From Marsupella aquatica (taxonomy: Eukaryota; Plantae; Marchantiophyta): a DNA stretch of 64,000 nucleotides. The DNA lies in the NCBI GenBank assembly GCA_973895155.1, contig OZ316891.1, forward strand, positions 25,791,899-25,855,898. Direction: 5' to 3'. This document shows positions 1 to 12,374 of the stretch, piece by piece (the first letter of the stretch is position 1; the number at the start of each line of letters is the position of its first letter). The translations under genes were made by a program, and so were the position numbers. The notes below the pieces were generated by a model. The model had not been told where the DNA came from. It saw only the letters and a list, made by a program, of their open reading frames with translations, and searched no databases.

Positions 1-464
1 AGGGAGGAACTATGGAAAATTAATACCCTGTAAAACACAAAAAGAAAATTTACAAGAGCCTTTAAACACGGAAAGGTTTCTTGAGCGGAAACGTTGGGCG
101 TTAAGAGTGAAGTTCGGGCACCCTAGGTCCTCACTTTTTTACTCGTGATCATCATGGACAAGTAGGGATAATTGTTTATGGAGAGTGGACTTTGGGCACC
201 GTAGGTCCTTTTGGCACCCTAGGGTCCTCACTTGTTTTCTCCTGGGTCCTCATTTATTTATAGTGAGAGATCATACACAAAGAGGGATAAAGTACCCATA
301 CCCTTCGATCCTCAGCTGCCCACATATTTCAAGTCCAGACCTGGAAAATGGCAACATATTCTGAGTGACAAAAACTTTTTCCCTGACCTTGTAAAGCCAA
401 TCTACACAATAGAGCAATGCATGTTTGCATCTGGGTGCCAAAGGTCCGTGGATGCAACATTGAA

Positions 465-692
465 CATTGTGGCCAAAGACCTTATAAGCCATAACAAGAC
501 CTTATATGTTGCAGCCAAAGACTTTTATTAGCCAGAACTAAAAAGTCATGACATGAATGTTGTGCCCAAAGGCCTTATTCAGAATGAAAAAGTCATGACA
601 TGAATGTTGTGGCCAAAGACCTTAGCCAGAACAAGACCGTAGATGTTGTAGCAAAAGACTTTAGCCATAATAATAATAATAATAATAATAAT
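465..692. repeat. Degenerate tandem repeat (gttgtggccaaagacctt...) ending in a (TAA)n microsatellite
   Basis: Core GTTG(T/C)NNNCAAAGAC(C/T)TT recurs about 5 times; aaaaagtcatgacatgaatgttgtg occurs twice; TAA run at 667-692. Confidence 0.75.
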
Positions 693-1879
693 TTACGCCC
701 AGCTCATGCTTAGGAATTTAAACTGTCACCATTATAGAACAACCAAGCAGATTTCCAACCAATATTACATTTCCTAACCGGGCTCCTTACAGACCACCAT
801 GAAAACAAAAGAGTGATCATCGAGATTGCTTATTATAGGGTTTAAACTTCAGTCTATTAATTTGTAAAAGCAAAAGGTGGCCTTTATTATAGGTTTTAAA
901 CTTCAGTCTATTAATTTGTAAAAGCAAAAAGTGGCCAAGGACCAGCATATTATTTTGTGCTGTTATATATTCAACATGCAGCAGAGCACAAGTTAGTTTT
1001 AGTCTAAGCGACGTCCATGCAGGACAAGTATGAGCATATAGCCTGTGTACGAGGTATTTGTTTGATGGACCCCCAAAATGAAACTTGTTACTTATCAATC
1101 CCCTGAAGTCTATCAACGATCCAGGTCCAGATTTGAGATCTAAAAGTCCATCCTTTCTGGGTTTCTTGCCTATGGGATCTTGTCTCTAGGTATGGTGCCT
1201 TTTGTTCTTTGCAATATTTAATATTAGAACTTGCATGGAACTTTAGTCTTCCCCAGATTTCTCCATTGTATTCTGCCTACATTGGGTTTCTGCCTTTGGG
1301 ATCTTGCCTCCCGGGATGGAGCCTTTTGTTTTGTTCTATAATGGAACTTGCATGAATTTAGGTTACTTTGTCTTCAAGTTCAGAAAAAAAAGGAGAAGAA
1401 TCAAAAATAGTAAGAGTGAAAAATCTTTCAGGCGTTGAAGTGTATTAACGTTTTGTTACCAGGGTATTATTAGCAATCATTATAATAGACCTCAAACCCA
1501 GAGTGTAGCTGGGGGGAAGGGGGTGAGACTACTTATATTCCACAATACCTTGGAAAGAAGAATTTCTTCTATATATTTATAATAATCTACCAAGCTCAGA
1601 CACTATAAGAATGAGCGGTGATGTTCTGACAACAATCAAGGTTATGTGATTCCCTACCAAAAAAAAAAGGAGAGTGTCAACAAACTATCAGCCAAAATAT
1701 CCTGTAAATTAATACAGGATTCATTAGAGCTAAGAGTAAACTGCATAGGTGCAGTTTTAAAGCACTTATTTGTTCTGATTTAAGTCAGTGGCAAGAAACT
1801 TTCGAGTTGTTTTGAATTTTGGTGTGCTCCTTCCTTGATTGTACAAAATGCGGAATGTCCCAAAAAGCTACACTCTTCA

Positions 1880-2320
1880 CCGTAATTAGTGTTATGCAAG
1901 AATTAGTGTTAGTACATAATTAGTGTTATTAACACTAATTTTGGTAAATATGATTTTGAACCCAAGTAACACTAATTTTTGTTTGTTTTCTAAATAGATT
2001 TTGTTCACTTTAGTATAAATTGTTCTTAAAAAATGGCTCATCTTTAGTCCAACATAACACTAATTATTGTGGATTTTTCAAAATAGTTTTTTTAAACTCT
2101 ATTTTGTCACTATTAAGACTATAATAACACTAATTCATGTGCACAAAAATAGTGTTAGCATAAAATTAGTGTGACTAAGACTAATTCACTAGTAGACCCT
2201 GAAAATGGGTGCTCTTTAACTAGTGTTAGTCACACTAATAATGGTCAACAATTTCTGGGTGCTCTCGAACTAGTGTTAGTCACACTAATAGCTCTCGAAC
2301 TAGTGTTAGTCACACTAATA
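1880..2320. repeat. AT-rich cluster of TAACACTAAT/ATTAGTGTTA motifs in both orientations (probable TE remnant)
   Basis: More than 10 motif copies; perfect 30-bp tandem duplication at 2261-2320. Confidence 0.6.
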
Positions 2321-3636
2321 AGGGGCAAGAGTGTGGCAAGGCAAAAATCTGACTTAGCCTGGACACTAACTTGTTTGACCTTGACACTAACCTGTTTGAC
2401 GTGAAGAAGGTCGGAGGGCAAGATTATTATTTATGAGGAATTGACGAAGGACAACGTAGAAATTACTCAGAATTAGCAATGAATCAGTACCAATGAAGTC
2501 TGATCTTACTAATATTATTGGCAATTCAAATTTTATCTGAACAGCCAGCAGGAAGTAAGTCAAGCTAAATAATGACCATTTGAACGATCATTACAGGACG
2601 CTTCAAATCGGTAAACTTTGCAGCTTCAGCTCTTCTTCAAGGTGCCCTCTGATCTGTTTGCTCGTCGATCGTCAATAGCTAACGTGAGTGCATTAATCGA
2701 AGCTAGCTTGTGACACACTGTCAGGTCTTCCCGGCAGTGATCGATCAACGGATTTATGTGCGTTGTGATCGAGTTTATGAAAAATCAGAGCGAGCAATTG
2801 TCGAAAAATCTGCAGTCCAAAACTATCAAATTTTTTTCTTCCTTCTACGATTTGACTCTACATCCATACATATGTCGGCCTAAACTCCTCGTCCGATTTC
2901 AGGGTTTCCTTAATGTTACACTTGAAAATTTAATACACTGGATCGGATGCATGAATCAAATCTATCTCAATTTTTTTAGAAGCTCTACACGTCGTGTACG
3001 TTGCTGGGATTAACGGCCAAAATGGTCAGAAGGATCTACACTCGTTTTTACAATTAGCTAAAGCCACAACATAGCGACAATGACCGAAACCTACAGTCTT
3101 ATCACTAATCTTTACAACTATAACGATTCCAGAGTTGACTTTTGCACATTTAAATATGACAAACTTTACAAAAATTCTACTTCAATGTGATCAGGCATAA
3201 GTGGTCTGTGTCATAGTCCACTACAGCATACAAGAGTTGACAGTCAACCATAAGCGCGCGAAATTAAACGAGAGCGAGTCGACATGTGCATCGAATACCA
3301 TAATTATTTTGGCTATAGTGCAGCGTATATGCGGCTGAGATCAGCTATATATGGTTCTGGGATTGCTGTACGTCTAGGAAGTCTAGCTGTGAGCCGGAGC
3401 ATAAGCTACTTACGTACCCAGTCAAGTGACCTGCTCTTTTAGAACGGATGGTTTAGACCGAGTACAATCTATATATGATTTGTGGTTGACATTTTGCATG
3501 CTAGTTGCTTGTAAGGTACTTACAGTGATTCCTAATATCCTTTCCATTGCTTTAAATCCATCATGTATGGATTCCATCCATACATGTCGGTGAATTCCAG
3601 ACCAATTTGTTGTCAGTTGTGGAACTCGATCAGAAG

Positions 3637-3684
3637 TTGGAGTCTGACTTGAGATTAGTGACCAAATCTCAAGTCAGACTCCAA
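3637..3684. repeat. Perfect 20-bp inverted repeat with 8-nt loop
   Basis: ttggagtctgacttgagatt (3637-3656) is the exact reverse complement of aatctcaagtcagactccaa (3665-3684). Confidence 0.9.
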
Positions 3685-4894
3685 GCCCTCAAATCTTAGA
3701 GGAATTTTATACCCTCAGGATTCTATACTCTGCTCCGATTCAATACCCGGATCTCTAGGATGCAAAATGCCATGCTGTAACCGCCCACGCGTCTAGCTAA
3801 GTATGTCACATCTTAGAGGAATTTTCGAATAAATCACCGAAAAGCCTCAAAAGACTTGATGCTCAGAGGAATTAATTAGCCCGGTGAGTCCAAGAAGTGC
3901 AAGGGTAAAGCCGAGTGCAACTATGTAACTAGTGAATAAGGTAATTCCAAATTTGCGGCTTCCATTCAATTGACGACTTTGATGAAATAGACATGTATTT
4001 CTTTCATCTGAAGTTATTCAGTTGACGGCATTGACTTATTATAATTGATTCAGGAGACAAAAAACAAAAACACTGATCTGACTACATGGATCACTCAAAC
4101 AAAATTCTTTCAGTTGAAGGAATTGATGTATTTCAGTGCAAAAAATTGTTTTAGTTGAACCAGTTGACAAAATTGACATACTCAATTCGACGAAAGTGAT
4201 TCATTAACAAAATTGACAAAATTGATCCCGTTGATGAGTTGACATAGCTGATCGAGTCATTTTTAAGTTGAAGTAGTTGATGAAATTGGATGCAGGCAAA
4301 ATTGACTCTGTAAAACATTGACGAATTGACGAAATTGATTTAGTCGATGAAAGGTCAGCTTCCATGCAGTTTATGAAATCCATTCAGCTTCCATCCAATG
4401 CAATAATTAAATCATGCCAGGTCGCTCAAATAGCCTGTCTGGAAGACAGGTTCAAAGATGTTAAGGTGTGCTCATTCATGTCACTACTGTCTGGTCGAAG
4501 CAATTACATTACATACGCATTAAATTCAGAAATAGATTCAGAATTTGATTAATACAGCCTAAAGTTCCTACGCTAAGACGATCCAAATGATTGCTTACTA
4601 ACAGGCAATGTCATACCTCTCAACATAATTAATTGATTATGGCTCCCAAATTGAAATAGTGCCTAGAGTACTTCACACCCTAGCTTCTCATGGAACATGC
4701 AATCCAGAATATTTAGTAGGTGAACACACCCACGTGTTTCTGTTCCAATGGCTCGGCCTCCATAGTAACTTTTGAGACTAGCTTGTTATATCGGACACGC
4801 TGATGACTGCTCTCATGCACTTGTTCTTCTACAAGCCTTTTTGGAATCCCGCTCATTCTTGAAGAGTAAGTTCGATCAATCTCAGTGATATCTA

Positions 4895-5430
4895 CGTGCT
4901 GGGGTCCACTCTGATCAACACAACAATATTGGAGGCCGAGATTGATTATACATATATGGAGGCTGCAAGTCTTGTTGGAGTCTGGGTCCAGGGTCATCCT
5001 TGATGAGTTCCACCAATACAATTGATTTCCATCTGCCTGGGTCCATTCTGATCAAGACAGCAACATTGGAGATCGAGACTGATTATACATAATTCTACAA
5101 AAGCTACTAAGCCCTTTTGGAGTTTGGGTCCAGGGTTACCCTTGATGAGTTCCATCAATAGAATTGAGAAGTCTCCATATTCTCAATCACCCTCCATATA
5201 TAATCAGTATCGACACAAAAAAGTGGGAGGTTGCGATTGATGATATAATATCAATACGGAGGCTACAAGCCTTTTTGGAGTCTAGCTCGGTAGGTCCAGG
5301 CTCATCCTTGATGAATTCCACCATGGAAGTCATATCCATGTGCTTGGGTCTGTTTTGATCAATACACGATTTTTGGAGGTCAAGATTGACAATAAATACA
5401 GCTATGGCGGCTCGAAGACTGTTTTTCAAC
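4895..5430 (+). repeat. Four diverged ~140-bp tandem units; the last overlaps the phytocyanin start codon
   Basis: gggtcca.tctgatcaa...ttggagg..gagattga...ttggagt.tgggtccaggg..a.ccttgatgagttcca recurs near 4901, 5039, 5200 and 5346. Confidence 0.8.
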
Positions 5431-8400
5431 ATGTTTGGAACGATGGTGGCAGTGGTTTTCGGATTGTTGTCAACAAGGGGCGTGAGCGCACGCACTACGT
5501 ACTCGGTCAGGTGGGCTCTTCCTTTTAGAATGGACGGATTAAAGCAAGAGGGTATTCCCCCAAGCCTTCATGCAACAACAATTGAAGCGGGCGATTCCAT
5601 AAGTAAGTAAACTAGCTCGACTTTAGACAGTGCCCTACTTGAAAATTTGGATTAGCTCCTGGCAATCCCTTACCTCACTGCTACAATGATCTGAGACAAT
5701 CACTAGTGATAGAGTTTCGGTATATTAATAGAATGCCTGCCACTGCCTATGTAGGAGAGTTGTAGCTTTGATTTAATTCTAGCTTAGAAAATTTTGAAAT
5801 GCATTTTATGATATTGTAGTACCGTCCCTGTGCCAAGTTCTTCAAATAACAGCCTCTGGGGAAATTGTAGCTTTCACTTGAAAGATAAGAAACTTAGAAA
5901 ACACTTGAGAAAACATTGTGATGTTTAATATCGATTGTAGGTGGTTGTAGCGTCCTTTGTCTCGAGCTCTCCCAAATAACAGCCTATGGGAGAGTCATAG
6001 CTTTGACTTGAAGATAATGTAATTTTGAGAACTTTGCTCTATTGTACCCCCGATTGTACCACTCTCCATGTCCAGAGTTCTCCCACATAACAACACCTCA
6101 AGCTCCCAGCTCGGACTCCCAGACTTTTGTTTGGGATAGCATGATCCTCTTTGGACGGGTTTACCTTACACTTCACAACTGGCTCGTGCATATAGATCTC
6201 AATGAGGCCTTTTAATCATGAAGGTCTCAGAGTCAATTGAACTATGGTCATTTTTAGTTGTTGGAATATAGTTAAAATTAGGGAAATTTACAAAATTGTT
6301 CCCAGAAGTTGCCAAATTTTGAAGTACCCTAAAGTTTCCGAAATTGCAAAAACACCCCGACCTCCTCATTCACTGAAATGTAAGAGTTCCTTATGCCGCC
6401 ACCCCTTCCGACCACTGAGAGCAATAAAGCAAAACTCTGTTGCTATGCAATGTGCATTATCAGAGCATAATACAGTACAATTGAATAATGGTTATGATCT
6501 ATTGCAAGTCACCACAGAGCCATGGCTGCCCTGAGAAACAAGGGACAACTGTGCCTATGAGAGACATTGGAGGCTGGGGTATTTTTTTAATTGCACATCT
6601 GAAGGGTATAATTATGTAATTTTGGTTACTCCCAAGGGAAATTTTGCAATTTTCCATAAAACTGTGGGGTACCTCAGATAGGATACAAAACTATCTCTCT
6701 CAGCATGCAATCATTTCTTGATTTTGTTACTTTATTTGGTACTAGGCTTTGTCTATGGGGATAACCAGGGGAGGTACAAGCAAAATGAAAATATTAGTGT
6801 TGTAATGTCATTTTAAAGGGTTAAGTTAGTACATACGTTTCAGCTTCCTGCTTTCATAATGCAACATATCCTAGCACTTTAGAAAATAAAATTACCTAAG
6901 ATTTGTTCAATGTCTTTATCTTTACCAAAGGATTAGTTGTTTGGATTAGCATTTCTATCTCAAATGTCTAGGAATTCCAGATGGGTTTGCTGTACTGGAA
7001 AGCTGATAAAAATACAGAGTTGTTTGGGTTAGCATTTCTATTACGGATGTCCATAAATTCCAGACCAGTTTGTAGTGGAACCTGCTCAAAAGACAGAGTT
7101 GCTTAGATGATCAATTCCACCTTAAATTTCTACGAATTCCAGACGAGTTTGTTATTTCTATTACAAATGTGCGTAAATTCCAGACGAGTGTGTAGTGGAA
7201 CCTGCTCAAAAGACAGGGTTGCTTAGATGATCAATTCCAGCTTGAATTTCTACAAATTCCAGACGAGTTGTTGTGGTGGAACCTGATCAAAAGATGGTAC
7301 AAAGGATGGTATTGTTTGCGTTGGCAAGCAAAACTGTCAAGTAAATCTGTATACAGCTTTGAGGGCGTTCCAACCAGGGAGCATGGCAGATGCCAACATC
7401 TCTCACTCTCAATTTTAATGGATACTCCAGTTGCCTTCTTATTCACCACTTGCATTTTTATCAGACTGAGTTGCTTTGACTGATGTATGTATGAAACTCG
7501 ACATGCAGAATTTGAGTATGATCCTTCAAGGGATGATTTGTTGGAGGTCCACTCCAACGGCTTCATTGACAGAAACTCTCTTCCAATTCGGACATGGACA
7601 GATGGAAACACAACAATCACCTTCTCCTCTCCTGGTATATTCTATTACACTTGTAGTCACCTACACCATCACCTTGCTGGGCAGTTCATAATGGTGATTG
7701 TGCGCAAAGACACGAGTCCACCAGAACGTTCTTCAGAGGCACCAAGTGAATCTCCCTTGGCTGGCCGCAATGTTGATGAGGCTGCACAACCAGATTCCTC
7801 CCTCACAGTAGATTACACGTCAATGACTGATGAAGCAAATACTACTTTGAAAACTCACACAGCAACAGAAGACCTCAAGCCTGCACCACAAACCTCCCCC
7901 ACAAATTCAAAACAGGTGAAGCCTGCAGAGCAAAAGGAGGTCAAGAATGATCATGCTCAGAGTCCAGCTACAACACAAAGGGCAGCTGGACATTCAGACA
8001 GTAAAGAGAAGCAAGAGGTGCGAAGTAGTAATAGTAGTCGGCAACATTCTGCAAATCATCCTTTCTCTTCTACGCATGATAATGACCGAGGGAAACCTAC
8101 TACCACCGCGCAACACAATGGTGAGAAACAAGCAAAACCTGAAGGTCGTGCACATGGAGGGCCATGGGCTGGGCACACAAATGGTACTAATGGGCCTCGT
8201 GCAAAATCTTCAGCTGCTGTGCATAGGAGGCCGACTTCTGGGAACACAACTGGTGCTGATTCAGGACTTCAAGCAGAACCTATGGTTGCTGTGCATGGAG
8301 GACCGACTGCTGGGAACACTACTAGTGGTGATGGGCCTCATCGTCCAAAATCCACAGCTGCTGTGGATGGAGGGCCGACTGCAGGGCATACTGGTGGTAA

Positions 8401-8629
8401 TGAGCCTTTTGAGAAATCTGCAGCTACCGCGAATGGAAGGCCGACTGAAGGGCACACTGCTGGTGGGGATGGGCCTCATGCCAATTCTTCAATTGCAGTG
8501 CATGGAACGCCGGCTTCAGGGCACACTACTGGTGGCGATGAGCTTCAAGCAAAAGCCAGTGTTGATCAAACGAATACCAGTGACGGGGATCGTCAAGCCA
8601 ATGGGTCTGCTGTCGCCAATGCAAATTAA
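5404..8629 (+). CDS. Secreted phytocyanin/plastocyanin-like (cupredoxin-fold) protein with long S/T/G/H-rich repetitive tail; exons 5404-5602 and 7509-8629
   Basis: Exon 1 gives a signal-peptide-like N-terminus, TTYSVRW and AGDSI, then a phase-1 A|gtaagt donor; joined to catgcag|aa it reads GDSIKFEYDPSRDDLLEV...PIRTWTDGNTTITFSSPGIFYYTC...H..AGQ, the phytocyanin pattern. Confidence 0.75.
6281..6655. mobile_element. Non-autonomous Mutator-like element remnant in the phytocyanin intron
   Basis: Long imperfect TIRs (gggaaatttacaaaatt...aaaacaccccgacctcc vs ggaggctggggtattt...aaattttgcaattttcc); flanks ttaaaatta/ataaaactg match at 6 of 9 positions, like a decayed 9-bp TSD. Confidence 0.55.
6930..7293. 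repeat. Intronic tandem repeat, ~80-bp units
   Basis: aattccaga...tgtagtggaacctgctcaaaagacag..ttgcttagatgatcaattcca recurs. Confidence 0.8.
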
Positions 8630-9960
8630 TGTAAGGAAGTGACAGGGATCGTCAAGCCAATGGGTCTGCTGTCGCCAATGCAAATTAATGTAAGGAAAGG
8701 GTAAGGAAAGGGAAACCCTGAGGCAAAAGATGGGGGCAAAGACTACATTTAAACAAGTACGCAGAGGTGATATTTTTATATAACTTAAAGTTCAAGTAAC
8801 CAGAGGTGTTGACTCGACGCATGAATAATTATGTCAAAGCGAAAGATTTAGGGTATTGCGGAATAGCTAGGTGCAATGCCCTCATCCTGGGGGCGATATG
8901 AATAGATGGCAACAATTTACTTGATGGGTTGTTAACTTCGCATGCTACCAGTGTATTTTGACTTTGAACTCCATCAAGACATAAGTTTGGTGTGACACCC
9001 CTTCAAGCAATTTTCTCTGGCTGCAAGTATAAGAAATTACTGTAAGACAGGTGCCAGAACTAGTTCCAAGCACTTCTCAATGTCTGGGAATAGAATACGT
9101 TCTTAGATTCAAGATTTGAGATTCTTTCTTTCCGGCCACTAGTGAATGTTCCGTAAGGCGAATCTTTCAGTGCAGCTTGCACATGTTTAGATGACAAAAT
9201 TGTCCTGTGGCACCCAGAGAGCGGAGGGAATAGAGCAGATGACAAGAGGGAAACCTGATGGTAAATTGATATCAAACCTTTTAGATTTCAAATTGTTAGA
9301 TGCGTTTGATTCTAAACCTAGGGGAAGTGGAGAGTGACGATCTACTAATGGGAGGATAAGTTTTAAGGGTTATTTGATACCCTTCGACGAATGTCATAAA
9401 ATTGGAAACCCAAGAGGGTCTTATCAGGACAATTCACTTCATGGTCCAGTGAGAGAGATGATGGGTAAAATACTGATCCTGTAGAGCACCTGCGAATCTC
9501 AAGTATCTTCTGTTCACAGAAACCGAAATTGTCTTTCCAAACCTCATGATCAGGGTGACTGTTGGCTGCATCAGAAAATAGTCAATACGAGCCATCCCAA
9601 ACTATACGTGTGATGAGCTTCCCAAATTAAGTTAGACCAGAAGTGGAAATACAGAGTCTACTGAGTGCTTATCCACATGATGAACCGTCATTTACCCACC
9701 TGAAAACACCTTTCACCCTGACTTCCAGACGAATTCTTCCAACCATGTAAGGCTAAGAATTGCAAAAGCATAAATACAAAGCAATCCCAGCTCTGTGATA
9801 TCCAGAACTGGTTGGTTGCATCTATGCTAAAGGCTACATTTTGCACGACTTTCACCTCAAGTTCTGGACAGTGGTTTGCATGGTCATGAAGGATGATAAC
9901 GCTGCACTGGCTACTGACATCAGGAACGAGAAACTTTTGTAAGCTGTAGCATATAGGTTT

Positions 9961-11949
9961 TCAATCAACATATTCTTGAGCACTCAGATATTCACCATTT
10001 TCTTCAAGATACGCCACCAATCTCTTCAAGAAGGCATTGCTGCTTACAGTCTCTGTATCACAAATAACACAGCATTGTCGTCGTGCACGAGTGACTGCAA
10101 CGTTCATTCGTCGTTTGTCACTTAAGAACCCGACCTCCTGCTTTGTATTTGAGCGAACCATTGAAATGATTATTGCCTCCTTCTCGCGCCCCTGAAACCC
10201 ATCCACAGAGCTTATCTCTAGATCAGCAAGCTTCCTGTCCTCATTCCTCATCGATCTCAGTAACCCTACTTGTGCATTATAAGGTGCAATGATGCCAATG
10301 TCAGATGCATTCACTCCACTTTGGATAAGCCTTTTGGCATGTGCTATGGCTACCTTTGCTTCACCTTCGTTACTAGTACTATCGGCCTCATCCTTGGTCT
10401 CATCCATATCACATCCAGCAGTATCAATAAGAATAAGAATAGGGTCTGTTGCTGGTGAGCTCTGAACTCCAGCAAGTTGGCAGAGAGTCTGATCGCGTAC
10501 ACTTTCATGAGCAGTAAGCTTGGTCTCATACATTTCACTTGATGACCAACCCATGATGAGGTGATTCATACGATACTGGACAGTCAACATTGCTACAATC
10601 TGACTCTCATAAAGGGCAGCTAAACGTCCGAACAAAGTAATGCCAAGCCCTTTCTTTTCTGCCTCCACACTTAGAACTGTGGGGGGCAACTGCAGATGGT
10701 CTCCTGCAAGGATGCAACGCTGGCCCTTCAGAAGGGCTATCCAGCAAGCGACTTCAAGTGCCTGAGCTGCCTCATCAATGACCACAACATCAAATGTGGT
10801 TTGCTTCAGATGGTGGGAGAGAGCTCCTGTGAGAGTGGTACAAATCACTGCCGACTCTTTGATTATATCCGAAACTGCATCCTGCTGCCTGTTCTTTTCT
10901 TCCTTTGCAAGATATCTTAACTCCTTCCGCAAGTCCCCTCTAGTTTTCCTGTCCTTGGCTTTCAAAAGTTGCCCATTCAAACCTTTCATCTCCTTCCTGA
11001 TATCATTAGCTAGTGCACTGTTATCAGCCTTCATGACTTTCGCATCAAGAGCGCTATCCAGAACTTGAGGTAAAAGTCTTGCAGGATGCCCCAACCGAAC
11101 CATCTGAACCTTGTGACAAGCGAGCCTCTCAACTAAGTTGTCAACTGCAATGTTTGATGCTGCACATGCAAGAACCCTGCTTCCCCTTTTGACTTCTTGA
11201 AGTATCAATTCTACGATTGTCACCGTCTTCCCAGTTCCGGGTGGTCCATGAAGCAGCATCACATTGTTGGAGGTGAGTGCTTTGCCGATGGCTGCTATCT
11301 GGGACTGGTTAAGATCCTTGTTGAAGGGTGTGAAAGACAGTTGCTTTTTGGCAAAAGCTGGGGGCTTCGCTCCGAACAGAACAGGAATCATATCTACTGC
11401 AGGACCCCTCTGCACGTCCTTGCTCAAATCCAACAATGTGTCCCTGTACCTTTTGTAAGTCACCTCATTGACGAGTTTTTCAATCCGAATGGGAGTGTTC
11501 AGACCCTCGTCAGGAACATCCTCCATAGCAATGGTAATGGACCCATCCTTGACACGATAGACGATTCCCTGTCCCAAACTTGAGCCTCCTCCCTTATTCA
11601 TCTTCAATACCACTACATCGTGGAGGGTCATCTTGTGAGGAGGTAGCCAATCGCCTCGATTTGGCTTCATCTCAAGCAGAGACTTGCCGAATAGCCCTGT
11701 TTGGACATCGGAACATTTCAGGTTAAGGAGACTTACCCCTCGCTTCTCTGCAATTTCGGGCTTCAAAGCTGACAACGAACTTTTTGCAGCTGCCATCTCC
11801 GCCTCCTTTTCGAGTTCTATCAGCGGCAGCGTCTTGCTGACAAAACCTTCCAAAGTGACCGGTTCCACCACAACTCCTTTTTGCTCGGTGGAGCCTTTCC
11901 CTTTCTCCTTCCCGCTCTTCATGCTGCTGCTGGCAGATGCTGCTGCCAT
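9961..11949 (-). CDS. IGHMBP2: IGHMBP2/SMUBP-2-like (Upf1-like superfamily 1) RNA/DNA helicase, intronless CDS, 662 aa
   Basis: Motifs HGPPGTGKT, DEAAQ, GDHLQLPP, QYRM, VDGFQGREKE, RRMNVAVTRAR; SMUBP-2-type N-terminal domain; no R3H/AN1 tail, as in plant orthologues. Confidence 0.93.
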   Translation of the reverse strand: MAAASASSSMKSGKEKGKGSTEQKGVVVEPVTLEGFVSKTLPLIELEKEAEMAAAKSSLSALKPEIAEKRGVSLLNLKCSDVQTGLFGKSLLEMKPNRGDWLPPHKMTLHDVVVLKMNKGGGSSLGQGIVYRVKDGSITIAMEDVPDEGLNTPIRIEKLVNEVTYKRYRDTLLDLSKDVQRGPAVDMIPVLFGAKPPAFAKKQLSFTPFNKDLNQSQIAAIGKALTSNNVMLLHGPPGTGKTVTIVELILQEVKRGSRVLACAASNIAVDNLVERLACHKVQMVRLGHPARLLPQVLDSALDAKVMKADNSALANDIRKEMKGLNGQLLKAKDRKTRGDLRKELRYLAKEEKNRQQDAVSDIIKESAVICTTLTGALSHHLKQTTFDVVVIDEAAQALEVACWIALLKGQRCILAGDHLQLPPTVLSVEAEKKGLGITLFGRLAALYESQIVAMLTVQYRMNHLIMGWSSSEMYETKLTAHESVRDQTLCQLAGVQSSPATDPILILIDTAGCDMDETKDEADSTSNEGEAKVAIAHAKRLIQSGVNASDIGIIAPYNAQVGLLRSMRNEDRKLADLEISSVDGFQGREKEAIIISMVRSNTKQEVGFLSDKRRMNVAVTRARRQCCVICDTETVSSNAFLKRLVAYLEENGEYLSAQEYVD

Positions 11950-12357
11950 CTTCAGACGGCTCGTTTCTCTGAAAACCTTTAACCCTTCCGGCCCACCCGA
12001 TTAGTGAATTTGGTCTTGCAGATGAAGTTGCGGGAAGTCAAACCATCGCCTGGAATCATTCAATCCAAAGGCGTTTCAACGTCCGAGCCACAACGAGTTC
12101 AGAAAAATAGTCAAATTATCTGCTGGAGTCATTCAACTCCAAAGAGTTTCAACGGCTGCGCCTCAACGAATTCAGAAAAAGAAATCGACCTAATCACAAG
12201 TTGAACTCGAAACCTGTAAGAAATTCCATCTGCGAGAGTATCTGCAGATATTTGTAGAGCCTCGCCTTATTTCGAATTATTACCTCAAAACCCAACAATG
12301 CGAAAAAAAAAACATTCCAAAGTATGTTTGTCGAAGCAATCTCCGTTTTTCTGAAGT

Positions 12358-12374
12358 TTAGGGTTTAGGGTTTA
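12358..12374 (-). promoter_or_regulatory. Telo-box (AAACCCTA) doublet in the helicase 5' region
   Basis: ttagggtttagggtttag lies just upstream of a probable 5'UTR intron (12215-12283, gag|gtaat ... ttacag|g on the minus strand). Confidence 0.55.

Noticed and set aside
4713-5495. Two similar minus-strand 102-aa ORFs suggesting paralogous small genes
   Set aside because: Similarity comes from the ~140-bp tandem repeat; one overlaps phytocyanin exon 1 antisense
7947-8642. 231-aa alternative-frame ORF in the phytocyanin tail
   Set aside because: Stop-free frame is explained by repeats with lengths in multiples of three; no independent evidence
12358-12374. Interstitial telomere array (also ~13701, ~44779, ~53078)
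   Set aside because: Only 1-2.5 units near gene 5' ends; fits telo-boxes
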